Below, in pieces: positions 1 to 12,756 of a DNA stretch of 64,000 nt. Positions within the stretch are counted from its first letter, which is position 1. Each line of letters starts with the position of its first letter. The notes under the pieces were generated by a model, which saw only the letters and a program-made list of their open reading frames with translations, was not told where the DNA came from and did not search any database. The DNA comes from Eledone cirrhosa (Eukaryota), in assembly GCA_964016885.1 (NCBI GenBank), contig OZ024745.1, positions 42,098,001 through 42,162,000 on the forward strand, given 5' to 3'. The translations under genes were made by a program, and so were the position numbers.

Positions 1-278
1 ATTTATATGTAGGTATGCGTGTGCGCTTGTTATATACGTTTTTATTTACTTATATACGTTTATATAATTATTTATTTATTTGTACACAAGCATAGACACA
101 CACACATATTTATATGTGCGTGGTTTTGTATACCCATGGTAAGGTTTTGCGTATGCTTGTGTATGTACGTATCTGTTTGCGTGTATGTATTTATTTGTTT
201 CTATTACTTCTGTATTGTATTTATTTACTTTGTTCTTAACTCTGTAGCGGAGATTCATTTGGTCTCCTAGTTAGAATT

Positions 279-534
279 TTAGTCTACGATTTCTGTTATA
301 CCATTTACGTGGTTTTGTCTTTGCGTGCTATTGTTCTCCACGCTCCACATATGACTTATTATCTTCGTTTTTTCGTTCATTGCCAGAGAACGTCTCTATG
401 CACCACCTAAGAGAACATTAGTCTACGACCTCTTTTATACCATAAACGTGGTTTTGTCTTTGCGCGTAATTGTTTTTCACCGCTCCTATTAATGACGTAT
501 TATTCGTTTTTTCCCGTTCTTTGCCAGCGAACGT
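279..534. repeat. Diverged tandem duplication, two ~116-bp copies, period 139 bp
   Basis: ttagtctacga...ataccat..acgtggttttgtctttgcg...ttgccag.gaacgt starts at both 279 and 418, with scattered substitutions. Confidence 0.85.
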
Positions 535-781
535 TACCACAAACCAAAGTATCGTCTTCCTGTCTTCCTCCGGTTGCAACGTTTTTTGAAATATCCAGTT
601 CTGCGTTTACAGATTGACTTTGTTAGTTTCAGAAGATCCCGTTAAGGGTGAAAGCAGCGATTCTTTGCTTAAACTTTAATCTGTTATTTTAATAAATATT
701 TGCTCTACGGTTCTTATATATTTGATATATATTTTCCTTATCGAGCCCTCTTTGGATTTTAGTCTTCAATTTTATTATTAT

Positions 782-785
<4 letters not shown>

Positions 786-826
<41 letters not shown>
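786..826. repeat. (TA)n microsatellite
   Basis: Pure TA run abutting the 3' end of the adjacent SINE. Confidence 0.95.
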
Positions 827-829
<3 letters not shown>

Positions 830-1010
830 GTTTCTACTTTTGGCACAAGGCCAGCAATTATCCCAGTTCATTACTGGTACTTTATTTTATCGGCCCCGTA
901 AGGATGAAAGGCAAAGTTAACCTCGGTGGGATTTGAACTCAGAATGGCAAGGGTCGTAACTCCATACGACAAAGCATAGCGTCCGACTCTCTACCGATAC
1001 TGCCAATCCA
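826..1010 (-). mobile_element. tRNA-derived SINE (Octopus-type, Meta/MESC-like central domain)
   Basis: Minus strand has box A-like TGGCAGTATCGG, box B GAGTTCAAATCC, then GCCTTTCATCCTTACGGGGCCGATAAAATAAAGTACCAG. A near-colinear second copy lies at 10724-10907. Family assignment is from memory. Confidence 0.85.
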
Positions 1011-1523
1011 TAATGGAGGTGTATATGAAAACACATAATGCCCTTATATACAATAAACACATGGGTACCCACGCTGCCGAAGAAAAGTATTTTTTCGTAA
1101 CGAAACGAAAAGAAATTATTTTTCTTATTTGTCCTGGCGAATATATCACCGACTTCCCAGTATGGGTGTTAGGCACCATGCTGTTTCAAGATTTGTTGTT
1201 CTTTCATCAGTGAAACCCATTTAGAACGTACTCCCATGAAATAGGCTATAGTCTATATAGAATTTTACATGATGATCATTTGCAGTAGATTCTCAAAGCA
1301 GAAAATATTGGCTGGATGTGGTTATTTGCATATTATAGGTTTAAATATGTTTTCATATACGCCTCTACTATGCTTAAACGCTGCCACCAATTAAATATAA
1401 CCAGCTAGACTCGCATTATATACAAATTATCAATTCCAGCCGATGTTTTCTGCTTTGTTATATGCAAATGAGCATCTTAGCTAATTTTAAAATTGATTGT
1501 TTGTTTCCATTAGATTAGCAGAT

Positions 1524-1710
<187 letters not shown>

Positions 1711-1764
1711 AAATTTACCAAGTTTTAGAAAAATATTAGCCACGAAAATAATTCAGTCACGAGC

Positions 1765-1813
1765 CATAATGACTTGTTAGCGGGCTGCATGCCGCATGTT
1801 TGAGTCCCTTGAT
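1765..1813 (-). mobile_element. Terminal fragment of a hAT-like non-autonomous DNA transposon
   Basis: Minus strand caagggactcaaacatgcggcatgcagcccgc resembles the CAGGGGTCTCAAAC-ATGCGGCCCGC type of hAT end. No partner end was found. Confidence 0.4.
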
Positions 1814-1914
1814 ATAGTTAATTTATTTGAGTATATCGTAGTCAACAAAATGACTATTGTTCATTGAGCTTAGTGTCATCAGATATAATACAACAGATAC
1901 AGATACGCACGCAA

Positions 1915-1946
1915 ACACACCATGCACAAACACACACACACACACA

Positions 1947-2002
<56 letters not shown>

Positions 2003-2043
2003 TTATATATTTATCTCTTCATGCCTGCATGTATAAACATTTG

Positions 2044-2132
<89 letters not shown>

Positions 2133-2225
2133 GACGCTTGTATACATATACAAGCGTCATATACATATTGTTTGTATGTTTGAATATGCATACGCACATA
2201 CAAAGACATACGTACACGCACACAC

Positions 2226-2266
<41 letters not shown>

Positions 2267-2295
2267 TATATATATATATGTGTGTGTGTGTGTGT
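1915..2295. repeat. Compound (CA)n/(TATC)n/(TA)n/(TG)n microsatellite cluster
   Basis: Directly visible runs. Confidence 0.95.
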
Positions 2296-2783
2296 TGTAT
2301 GCGCCTGTGTGTTTGAACGTATTTATGTGTCGATTTAATGTGCAGTTTTCGTAAATCAAACTAACACCTTCCCCTTGTCCACTGTTCACAGTCATCTCTT
2401 CCATACAGGCATAAAGACTGGCACACACATTTACATGTACACATCCACACGTACACACTAACAAACAAACAGAGGCAGAATCTATATTATTGGACAAGAG
2501 CAATTCTTTAAGAATCTGTCTGCCACCAATTTTCCAAGACGCAGTTGTCAGGGAATGTTAAATAGGGAAAATACATCATAAATAGCGTACGATAAACTAA
2601 TTTTCACAGTTCGTCGTTCCTTTTTACAGTAAAGTTGTGCTGGGTGGTTGCTGGTAGAAAGCTGAATGAGGCTTAATATTCGAAGAATCATTACGGATTC
2701 ATTTCGAGCCTGGACTGATATAAAACAACCTTGTAGAATCGAATGCTTTCAAATACAACCCATTTAGAGAACCAGACGACCAC

Positions 2784-2797
2784 TATTATTATTATTA

Positions 2798-2863
<66 letters not shown>
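2784..2863. repeat. (ATT)n microsatellite
   Basis: About 26 ATT units, giving the poly-Ile ORF. Confidence 0.95.
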
Positions 2864-2865
<2 letters not shown>

Positions 2866-3194
2866 CAATTCGCTTTTGACTTTTTCTCCTACGGCTTTTA
2901 TCTATTAACCACAATTAGAGCTGTCTCGACCAAGCGAACCGTTTTCATGCTTTTTAATCTGCGCTTAACACTGGATAGTTTAAATGTGCTAATTAGTGAA
3001 CACCCACCATAGTGTGGGGTGTTGGCTGTGGTGTCTGTCTAAGGCTAATTCTTCCCTGCATCCACCTTCCTCTCCCACTACACGTATTATTGGAGTCGTT
3101 TATTTAGTTTGGTTTTGCTCTTTTTGTTTTTGTTTTCAATGAAAAATCGAACAGTGGTCTGTATGAGGTTCTACTGTAAATACATACAGACTGT

Positions 3195-3915
3195 GAAACT
3201 GAGAATGAAAGAAGAAAAACTGAGAATGAGAGAGAATATGAAAGATAGAGAAGAATATATCTAATGACTGGGTGAGAGGGAAGAGAGAATTATAGAGAAA
3301 ATACTGAGATGGAGAAAGAGAGATTGAGAGAAAAGGAAAATGAGAACGGATTTGGGCGCATAGAAGAATGAGCGTATGATTGAAGAAAAGTAGATAAAGA
3401 AAATACTATAAAGAAGGAAATAAAGAAGTGAAGACAGAATATTGAAGTTTGAGAGAGAGGGGAAAAAACTTAGCACAATTGAGAAAAACAGTGGAAATAT
3501 AGAAAGACGCAAATGAACCAAAAATTGGGACGTACGGGAGATGACAAGAAACGGTAAAGAACGACAAGTAGAAGGTAACAGGAAAAACAGAGAAAGGAAG
3601 AGAAAATGAATAAAGCAGTAAGGAGGAGAAAGAGGCGGCAATTAACATGCGACAACTACTTAATTATGAGTAAGACATGTAGTTTGTAGGTTGTAAGTTT
3701 TGATTCAGATAAAGAGCAGATTGCATTTCATAACGAGAGTGTAAAGAAGAGAAAATTTGGAGGGTGGAAGAATAATTAAGGAATTGGGTGATAGCGAGAA
3801 AGAGATGAATAAGAGAAAGGGGAAAGTTGAAGAAAGGCAAGCAGAGATTAGATGAAAGACGTAAATAAAGACATATATTTAACGAGATACTATAATATAG
3901 AAAAGAAGCATATAA
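3195..3915 (+). repeat. Purine-rich (A/G) low-complexity tract
   Basis: Strong A/G skew with no fixed period. The F/L/S-rich minus-strand ORFs are compositional artefacts. Confidence 0.75.
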
Positions 3916-4055
3916 AGTGATTAACAATTTGTTAAGAATAATTCGGTTCGATAAGTCTTTTTATATATTTCTTTTTATCCAGAAACCACGTATACTTTTG
4001 CTTCATTGAATCATTTGTATAGTTATGACTTTCCAGTTGCTGTGTGCTTACCCTT

Positions 4056-4096
<41 letters not shown>

Positions 4097-4924
4097 AATA
4101 TACATTATGTTTGTGAGACCTGCTGAGTTGGGAGCTAAATTCATGTATACACACGTACAACTTCAAAGTATATGAGATCATACAAAATTGATGTATTTCA
4201 CACGACTGTTTGCTTAATCCTGCACAAAGATGTTTTCCTCATTCATCCACAGACACACGCACACGCACACACACACACTCACACACACGCACGCACATAC
4301 ACACACATACATACATACACATATACACACATACATACCTATATATATACATACCTATATATATATATATTTATAAGAACGTATAAACAACAAGAAACCT
4401 ATTAACATTATTACACATGCAATCTTAGTTATGGGGGATTAGTGGGAATGGAAAGTAATAGTGTTCATACTTTTCTAAAAGGTATTAGTGTGTAGTTAGA
4501 TTAAAATCCCAAAGGGGACGATGGAATCCATTGACTGGCAAAGTAAATGAATTATAAGTATATAATCGTATGCAATTGGCTCCCCTTTTAGATTTACAAC
4601 AAGTGGACATAGCGTTGCAGTTTCGAATGTGATTGTTTAAAGAAAGATAGATGCTTCCATGAGTTACAGAGAATATATATATGCGGTACTTAGCACTGGG
4701 CTCTTCAGCATTAAACAGATGAGGTAAGAATTCTTTTCTTGAATATGCCACCAATCAGCCAATAGTAACACCCTCCTTAAATATGTTATATCTTTTCAGC
4801 GCTAGAGGAGTTAATATCTTTAGAAAGAGACATATTAAACACCTTCAATGGATATGAACTAATTAATTAGCTGTACTGTACTTTTTTTCACAAGACTATA
4901 TGATTCTATGTTTTCAGTACTAAT

Positions 4925-5320
4925 GTACTTGTTCGTCCATTGGTAGTAGTTGGAGAATGTGACGTCGGATATTTGATTGGTCAGGCTTTACATGTCCGTA
5001 GAAGGTTGATAAGTCCAATTCTGAAACTAAATTAGCAACAACGTGTGTCACATATGTGTTCTGTGACTGTTTTTTAGAGCGCCAGCTGAGCAGACTTTGA
5101 GAAGCTAGTATTCGGGTTCCACTGTTTCGAGGCATATTTCTTGTAAGTCTATTTTTAAATGTCTCATACACGCCTGTTTTGAGCAAGTCGTTACCAGGAT
5201 TTTGTATTAATACTCATGGCTTTCTGTATTACTTTCAGACTATCTTTGTAGCACTTATTATTGAAAGCTAGCTGTTCTTCTCCTTGTAGCAAGCTCGCCG
5301 AAGAGTTCTTTTGGTATGAA
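4925..5320 (-). mobile_element. Decayed 3' end of an RTE-clade (BovB-like) LINE ORF
   Basis: Manual minus-strand translation gives IPKELFGELATRRR, a frameshift, then KCYKDSLK...INTKSW*RLAQNR...HICDTRCC*FSFRIGLINLLRTC. This matches the RTE C-terminal pattern PKxLxxGEL...RYKDxLK...W...CxxC...RIGLxSHxR. It ends in aatggacgaacaa, an RTE-like 3' terminus. Confidence 0.75.
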
Positions 5321-5412
5321 TATGGTGTTGACTGTTTACTATTTTTTCCTTAACCTCTTCCCGTTTCATATCTCTAGCAATCCATTTTTTTTAAATCACG
5401 AAACGGAATCAT

Positions 5413-5414
<2 letters not shown>

Positions 5415-5476
<62 letters not shown>

Positions 5477-5499
5477 TCTCTCTCTCTCTCTATTCTCTC

Positions 5500-5565
<66 letters not shown>

Positions 5566-5569
5566 TCTC

Positions 5570-5650
<81 letters not shown>

Positions 5651-5662
5651 TCTCTCTCTCTC
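5415..5662. repeat. Interrupted (TC)n microsatellite
   Basis: About 250 bp of TC with recurring tctattctc interruptions. Confidence 0.97.
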
Positions 5663-6010
5663 ATATATACATATATATATGTGTGTGTGTGTGTACACTT
5701 TTGTAAATATAAAGAATACACATTTATAAATATAAAGTGTTCAGTTATAATACTATACTAAATTCAAATTAACTTCTGTATTCGAAATTTGAAGAAAACT
5801 TATAACTTGCTTACAAACTTATTGGAATAAGCCGAAAACAGTAAAAAAAAAATAGGTATGTTAATCATTGTTATTGTAAAAGTTAGTGACAATTATGTAT
5901 ATAAATTCTCTGTAATAAGAAAATATAAAAAATATACTTTTTATTAGTCTGTCTGTGCAATTAATCATACAAGTTATTTCATTTAAAACTTCTTTATACA
6001 CGTTTTGTAT

Positions 6011-6100
6011 GGTGGCAAAGTAGCAGAGTCGTTAAAATGTCGGAAAGACTTTACGATATTTTTTCCGGCATCTCCGAGGTCATCTTTGCCTTTCATCTTA
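6011..6100 (+). mobile_element. Degenerate fragment of the tRNA-SINE family
   Basis: tagcagagtcgtta head followed by ccgaggtcatctttgcctttcatc, matching the SINE body at 826-1010. Confidence 0.6.
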
Positions 6101-6724
6101 CATGTAAAATTTTAAGATGTGAACGATATATTTTCTATATTTAATATTAGCTATTTTCGGTTAACTGGATTTCTATAATAGAATGGTAAGCATCGAATTT
6201 GCAGAGACGTTAGAACGTTTGATAAAACGCGTTGCGGTATTAATTCGTTCCAGTTCTGTTTATTTTATGATCAACATCTCTTGTTTCAAAGAATTCTCCC
6301 CTGACAAAAAAAAACAAGTTCTTCCAATATTCGTTATTCCAATGATTTGAAATGGCTGGTATTGTTTCTTTTGTTTTGAAACCATGGTAGGGAGACGATT
6401 ATATGAGTTAGTCTAACTTACTTTAGTCTGCCTGACTTATACTTCTCTGAATTGAGATTTTAGCATATATTTTATCCATTCATTGAGATGTCTACGTATT
6501 AGAGACAAATAATTTTTTAATTAATATATATTTATATATACATATGTGTGTTTCTGTGTACATATATATGTATATGTATATGTATATATGTACACAAACA
6601 CATATTTCTATATATATGTCTGTGTGTGTATGTATGCATGTATGTATATATAGAGTCGTAGGGGCATCGTATGTTAATACGGCGTTTCATGGGCATTTTG
6701 AGCCTGGCGGAGCCCATCTCTCAC

Positions 6725-6920
6725 CAGGCCTGAGTACAGCAAATTTCTTCCAGAGAAAGAAAGTGAGAGAAAGGAAATGAGAAAGAGATATAGAGGAAGA
6801 ATCCACCCCAGGTCTAGATTGGTACATATTTTTATCGGCATCGAAATGATAAAAGAACAAAGTTGACTTCGGCTGGATTTGAACTCAGAGAGCAGAGAAC
6901 CGGAACAAATATCATAAAAC
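6725..6920 (-). mobile_element. tRNA-SINE copy with an alternative 3' tail
   Basis: Contains ggatttgaactcaga (box B, reverse complement) and the central domain. The tail aggcctgagtacagc..tttcttcca is shared with 13072-13310. Confidence 0.7.
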
Positions 6921-7000
6921 ATTCTATCCCAAGTGTATGGAAACATCACGGTTGAATAATTATGAGGCTTTAACAATTCTGACAAAGAAATAGAGAGAAA

Positions 7001-7058
7001 ATGACGTTCGAACTAGTATCCTCCTATGCCAACTAACTTACCCTCTCGGCCAACAGCA
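7001..7058 (-). pseudogene. Degenerate tRNA-like or SINE head
   Basis: Minus strand TGGCCGAGAGGGTAAG (box A-like) and AGTTCGAACG (box B-like). No complete cloverleaf. Confidence 0.35.
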
Positions 7059-7195
7059 TGAAAAGTACATTGCCCCGGAGTACGACGAGGGGGGCGCGCT
7101 GATACAGCGGATCCACTTCCTTCGTGGGGCTCGCACCTACAGGAGTTCATTTCAACTGCAACACTCATCGTCGGGACCGACAGAAGCCCATTCCA

Positions 7196-7460
<265 letters not shown>

Positions 7461-7784
7461 AGATGTACTAGAATAATTCTTGTGTATGTGAGATGATTGT
7501 GAAACGTTTGAAGAATTCCAAGACATAAAACAATAGCATTTCATACCATAGTAATAAATGTGAGAATAAATCTGTGATAACAGAAATGGTCGGTCAATTA
7601 GCCGGTTTGCAAGATACATAAAACCAATGGAGTGAGAGAAAGAAAAACGAACTCAGTGGACCATGTTCAGGTACCAAGATGAAGTAAAGACTACGTAAGA
7701 ATACAAAATCAATGAAGTGTTAAATTTCTTGAGGTTAATGAAGAAATATTTATGCCCAATATACTTGTTTGTGTATCATACATA

Positions 7785-7973
<189 letters not shown>

Positions 7974-8209
7974 AGAGATAGATAAATATACACGGGTGTG
8001 TATGATTGTGTATAGAAGATTATATTAATAAGAGGAATTCCAACTTTGTCTGATTTACTCGTTTTATTTAGAATCCTTTAAAATTTATAATGGTATTATA
8101 ATGAAATAGTATAATAGAATATTAAATATTAAGTGTTAATTGAACAAGTACTTTCATGCTTTCGCAATCTTCAGGTTCATAATGTGTGGTGACAGTCATG
8201 TTTGCAATT

Positions 8210-8210
8210 T

Positions 8211-8268
<58 letters not shown>

Positions 8269-8374
8269 AAGAAATACTTATGATGGCTAGTAGACAACTG
8301 ATGACGGATATTCCTAACCTCTATTTCTAATTCTTCATTTATTATATATATATATATGTGTGTGTGTGTGTGCG

Positions 8375-8460
<86 letters not shown>
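8210..8460. repeat. (TC)n/(TA)n/(TG)n microsatellite cluster
   Basis: Directly visible runs separated by ~75 bp of unique sequence. Confidence 0.9.
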
Positions 8461-8463
<3 letters not shown>

Positions 8464-8632
8464 GTGTGCGTGTTTTTGTATGTATAGACGTGTATGTATG
8501 TTTGTGTATGTGATTCATTTCGAGTAGCTATAGAATCATCGACTACAGGTACATATAATCTGGCACATATATTGAATATTAATTTTCTCATTTTCATTGC
8601 CAAACCTATATATTTGTATGTGAGAAGGTACA

Positions 8633-8769
8633 TATTTATTTCAAATAGAAATTACATCAACAGGACTAGAACTGTTTCATTCACTTAAAATCATCAGAAA
8701 AGTCCCGATGATTTCAAACGAATTAAACAATTCGAGTCCTGAAGATGTCATTTCTATAAGAAATAAATA
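8633..8769. mobile_element. Palindromic (foldback) repeat element, same family as 12013-12118
   Basis: Two ~63-bp imperfect inverted arms. It shares caggactagaactgtttcattc with 12023-12044. Confidence 0.7.
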
Positions 8770-8784
8770 CACCCGCACCCGATT

Positions 8785-8935
<151 letters not shown>

Positions 8936-9024
8936 ATGTAAAAGGTAAACAGAAATAATAACACAATCGGTACAGTATATAGAAGGTATATATTAGGTTA
9001 ACGCTTGATATAGCAGGAAGAGGG

Positions 9025-9060
9025 TCTTAACGCTTCGGACGCTAGTCCTTCATCAGAAGA
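9025..9060 (-). ncRNA. Minimal type I hammerhead ribozyme motif (Penelope-like pLTR type), one core substitution
   Basis: Minus strand TCTT-CTGATGA-A-GGAC-TAGC-GTCC-GAAG-CG-TT-AAGA: stem I TCTT/AAGA, stem II GGAC/GTCC, loopless stem III, GUU site. GAAA is changed to GAAG. Confidence 0.7.
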
Positions 9061-9209
9061 AAGAATGAAAAATAAAATAGATTAAGGGGACGGGCGTGAA
9101 GGAATTGGCAAAAATGTCTTTAGATAAAAAAATAATAGGTCCATTCATGTTGACATCTCTTAATGCGTTGAACCGGTTGTTCGGGTTGGTGAATGATGAT
9201 GCAACACAA

Positions 9210-9428
9210 CCCTTTAATGTTCAAACCGGCCAAACTGGCCAGAATTCTCTACCTCTTTCTGTTGAAACTGGCTGTAACCGGCCACTCATACTGATGTTAA
9301 GTTATTGTTCTCAAAATATATACTTTCAAAATCTCATAGATTCGATATTATGTGAGATAATTATGCGAGGGAAAGCCTTTACCATGAAAATATAATAGTA
9401 AATAGAGAGTAATGTGAATGCTAAAGGG
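9210..9428. mobile_element. piggyBac-like MITE remnant
   Basis: Imperfect TIRs ccctttaatgttca / tgaatgctaaaggg. Right flank is TTAA (9429-9432), left flank is ACAA. Confidence 0.55.
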
Positions 9429-10170
9429 TTAAGGCGCAGGAAGGGAATAAAGTATTCATTAAAATGTGTTTCTCCAGCTTCGTAAGTCTCTACTGAGCGT
9501 CTGGTGTGTCTGAATATGTGTCATTCACTACGAACAGCTCCCACCAAACACCAGCATAACTCTGACGTCTATTGGCAACAACTTGACAGATTAACGGTGA
9601 AAGTCACACAAGTGTGCCCACACCATAGTCTTGTTCGATTCCTTCCTGATAACACTCGGTCTTATACATCAAGGATTACCCGTGCTTAGTTGGGAGGTTC
9701 TGTCCAACCTAATACATTTTCATTGATGCGATAGTGGAGTTTAGGAGGAGGAGGAGCAGTAGAGGAAGTAAATACAATAATTCCACCATGCTCCATGTGT
9801 ATTAGGTATATGCTTTTAATTTTCTAAAGCTTTAACGTATTTTTAAATGTTTTAATTTGTGATAGAGGCAAAACGTCAAGATCATGAACAATGCGGAAGA
9901 TTTGCAGCTTGCGTTTTCTACTCTTGTCTCTGATGACATATGTCACATTAAGAATTGTAATTAACACACTCAAGTTCTTTAAGTGTGGGTGTGTTGATTA
10001 AGACTTGTATTGAGACATCCGAGGTAGCGTGTTGATCGAGTGGTAGTTAGAGTTGATGATACATTATATATTGTTTTATTATATTTTTTGTTATTTAGGT
10101 TGAAATACAATTATCTGTCAGTTTTCTGCATTATTTCTTTGTTTAGTTGCTATAAATACGATTTGATATC

Positions 10171-10298
10171 TGTTGTGTGTAGTTCTTGAGTGTTGTGTGT
10201 AGTTCTTGAGTGTTGTGTGTAGTTCTTGAGTGTTGTGTGTAGTTCTTGAGTGTTGTGTGTAGTTCTTGAGTGTTGTGTGTAGTTCTTGAGTGTTGTGT
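10171..10298. repeat. 20-bp minisatellite (tgttgtgtgtagttcttgag) x6 plus a partial copy
   Basis: Identical copies start at 10171, 10191, 10211, 10231, 10251 and 10271. Confidence 0.97.
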
Positions 10299-10723
10299 TT
10301 GAGACTGACCAGAGTTCTTTTCATCGGATCGGCTATTTTCGTTTTATAGTTTTGACTGTATACTCTGGGTGTTCCTAAATTTAAATCTATGTTCTCTGCG
10401 CATCAATGTAACTTTGTGTGGTTCTGTAATCTGTATTTCCATTGTTAGGGGAAGTGTTCTCGGTGATTAGTTTATTTTGTTTTCTTTATCGAGTTTCTAT
10501 AATGATGTGCAGGTGTTGAGAGAAAAGTTAAGTGATTGCCTATTTTGTAGTTGTATAGAGCAGTATATGATATATGTAGAAACGTTAGTGTGGTTCAGTT
10601 AATTAAGTATGTCGGGGTGTTATTGTCGGTTGTTTGAGATGTAAAATATGCCGAGTCTTCATATGTTCAGAAATAATGAGAATGTAGTGTATTTTTCAAA
10701 ACTGGATATATTTTAGAAAAAAA

Positions 10724-10907
10724 TAATTGGTTCTGCTTTTGGCACAAGGCCAGCAATTATCCCAGTGCATTACTGGTACTTTATTTTATCAACCCCGTAA
10801 GGATGAAAGGCAAAGATAACCTCGGCTGGATTTGAACTCAGACCGTAAAGGGGCATAACTCTATGCTGCAAAGTATGGCATCCGACACTCTCCGATACTG
10901 CCAATCC
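10724..10907 (-). mobile_element. tRNA-derived SINE, second copy of the 826-1010 subfamily
   Basis: Colinear from taattg.ttct..tttggcacaaggccagcaattatcccagt to cgatactgccaatcca. Confidence 0.85.
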
Positions 10908-11449
10908 AAAAGAATAATGATGACAATGTCTACGAAATAAATAAAATGTAAATACAATCAAAGATCTAACTTCAAAACATAAAAAAATGGTGTGCAGCCA
11001 ACCGTTGTCAGCATTTACTTACTATATTCTGCCGAGAACAGAAAACTTATCCCTTAGGTTATAAAAATGCTTTGAATGCTAAAGTTTCTATTTTCAGAAA
11101 CATAATTAAAATTTCTTAAATGCTTCGCTTATATATACTTATACAGACACACACACACACATACATATATTTTTCTTTCTTTCACATTCTCGTTACATTC
11201 TCTCTTTGTCTATATGAGACAAAACAATAATTTCTTTGGTAGACCATCTTACTAAAATAAGGAATTTAAAAAATGGGAAATAAATGGGGGAAAATAAAAA
11301 ATAAATTGATATATATTTTTCCTTGTGATATTGTTTTGTAAAATGTTCTTCTAATATTTTATAGTAAATCCGTTTCAACATATAGAAGGACATACATAAA
11401 CACTTAAAGATATGTAAGTGCCTCAGTATCTAAGTATACATACGCACAT

Positions 11450-11575
<126 letters not shown>

Positions 11576-11739
11576 ATAACAAGTTATCGTTATAGGTGAT
11601 CCACTTAGAGGTAGTCCAGTTAGACTACTCCGTGTTGTGGATGGTTTTAACGTGCGGCTTAGTTTGACTCAACAAGACGCTTCCATAGTGATGCAGAGAG
11701 TTCGCGGTAATTTCTATGCAGGTTATACTTGGAGTAATA

Positions 11740-11961
11740 ATAGTTAAAGAAGAGTAACATGGTTGGCTGTACAATAAGGGCTTTATTCAGAGTGCTTTAT
11801 TCAACTTGCTCTGATGTGTTGACTGGTTGTAAACAACGTATTGGAGATCGATTGACGCAGCATCAAGCAATTAGCGAACTCTAGACGCAACAAATCAACG
11901 AAACAATTGTCAGCACTTTGAATAAAGCCCTTATTGTACAGCCAACCATGTTACTCTTCTT

Positions 11962-11968
<7 letters not shown>
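11740..11968. mobile_element. 57-bp inverted repeat pair with 115-bp spacer, probable Penelope-like pLTR fragment with inverted tail copy
   Basis: 11740-11796 is the reverse complement of 11912-11968 with one mismatch. The right arm runs into (TA)n and the spacer holds a hammerhead motif. Confidence 0.7.
11807..11915 (+). ncRNA. Type I hammerhead ribozyme motif with long stem II insert, one core substitution
   Basis: TGCT-CTGATGT-GTTGACTGGTTG...(58 nt)...CAACAAATCAAC-GAAAC-AATT-GTC-AGCA: stem I TGCT/AGCA, stem II 10 of 12 paired, palindromic ACAATTGT stem III, GUC site. A9 is changed to T. Confidence 0.6.
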
Positions 11969-12012
<44 letters not shown>

Positions 12013-12017
<5 letters not shown>

Positions 12018-12118
12018 TTCTACAGGACTAGAACTGTTTCATTCTCATTCGAAGGAAATCATCAAGCATTCCTCGTGATTTCCTTCGAATGAAACTGTTC
12101 TAGTCCTGTAGAAGCCAT
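12013..12118. mobile_element. Palindromic (foldback) repeat element abutting (TA)n
   Basis: atggcttctacaggactagaac.gtttcattc...gaaggaaatca followed by its reverse complement ending gaagccat. Confidence 0.75.
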
Positions 12119-12620
12119 TTCTATATTAAACATTTATACTCTTCTATGTATTGAACGCTTGATACACACACGCACACACATACATACATACATATATATA
12201 TATATATATTCTATATATAGAGTTATAAACTCAAACAGTCTTTTACAATTAAATAGCTCAAAGAAAGAGATATTTCTGAGCCTTGAAATACCATGTTGGG
12301 ACACCATGTGCGTTCAACAACACATTTCTCTCAGTCTTCCTAAGTATTTTGAAGTGAAACATACCAATTTCTGGATATGTGCAGCTGAGCACAGAAACGG
12401 AATGTTCACTTATTGTTGCGAAACAGATTTGAGTTTTGAAATTTAAATTTGTCCAGGTATCACGGCTATTGCCAATATGGGTTTGTTTTTATTGATTTAT
12501 TATTTTAAATCGAGACAGGCAAACTGAATTAATTTAATTAGTATTTTTCAATCTAGCTAACTTGGTCATTTGCAATACAAACACTTATATACTTGTATTA
12601 GTGTTTATCATATATTAATT

Positions 12621-12687
<67 letters not shown>

Positions 12688-12756
12688 TTTGTGGACACCC
12701 TGTACATTCCCTCAAATGCATATTCGAAAATGTTATATTTAAATTTAAATTTAACT

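Noticed and set aside
2864-3130. Possible LINE 3' end whose tail is the (ATT)n tract
   Set aside because: No recognisable ORF motif or second copy in the window
9780-10720. Possible Penelope RT or GIY-YIG coding remnant on the minus strand
   Set aside because: Only vague peptide resemblances (KTD..YF, QELHTTL, NVTYVI) with many stops and no consistent order. BLASTX would be needed.
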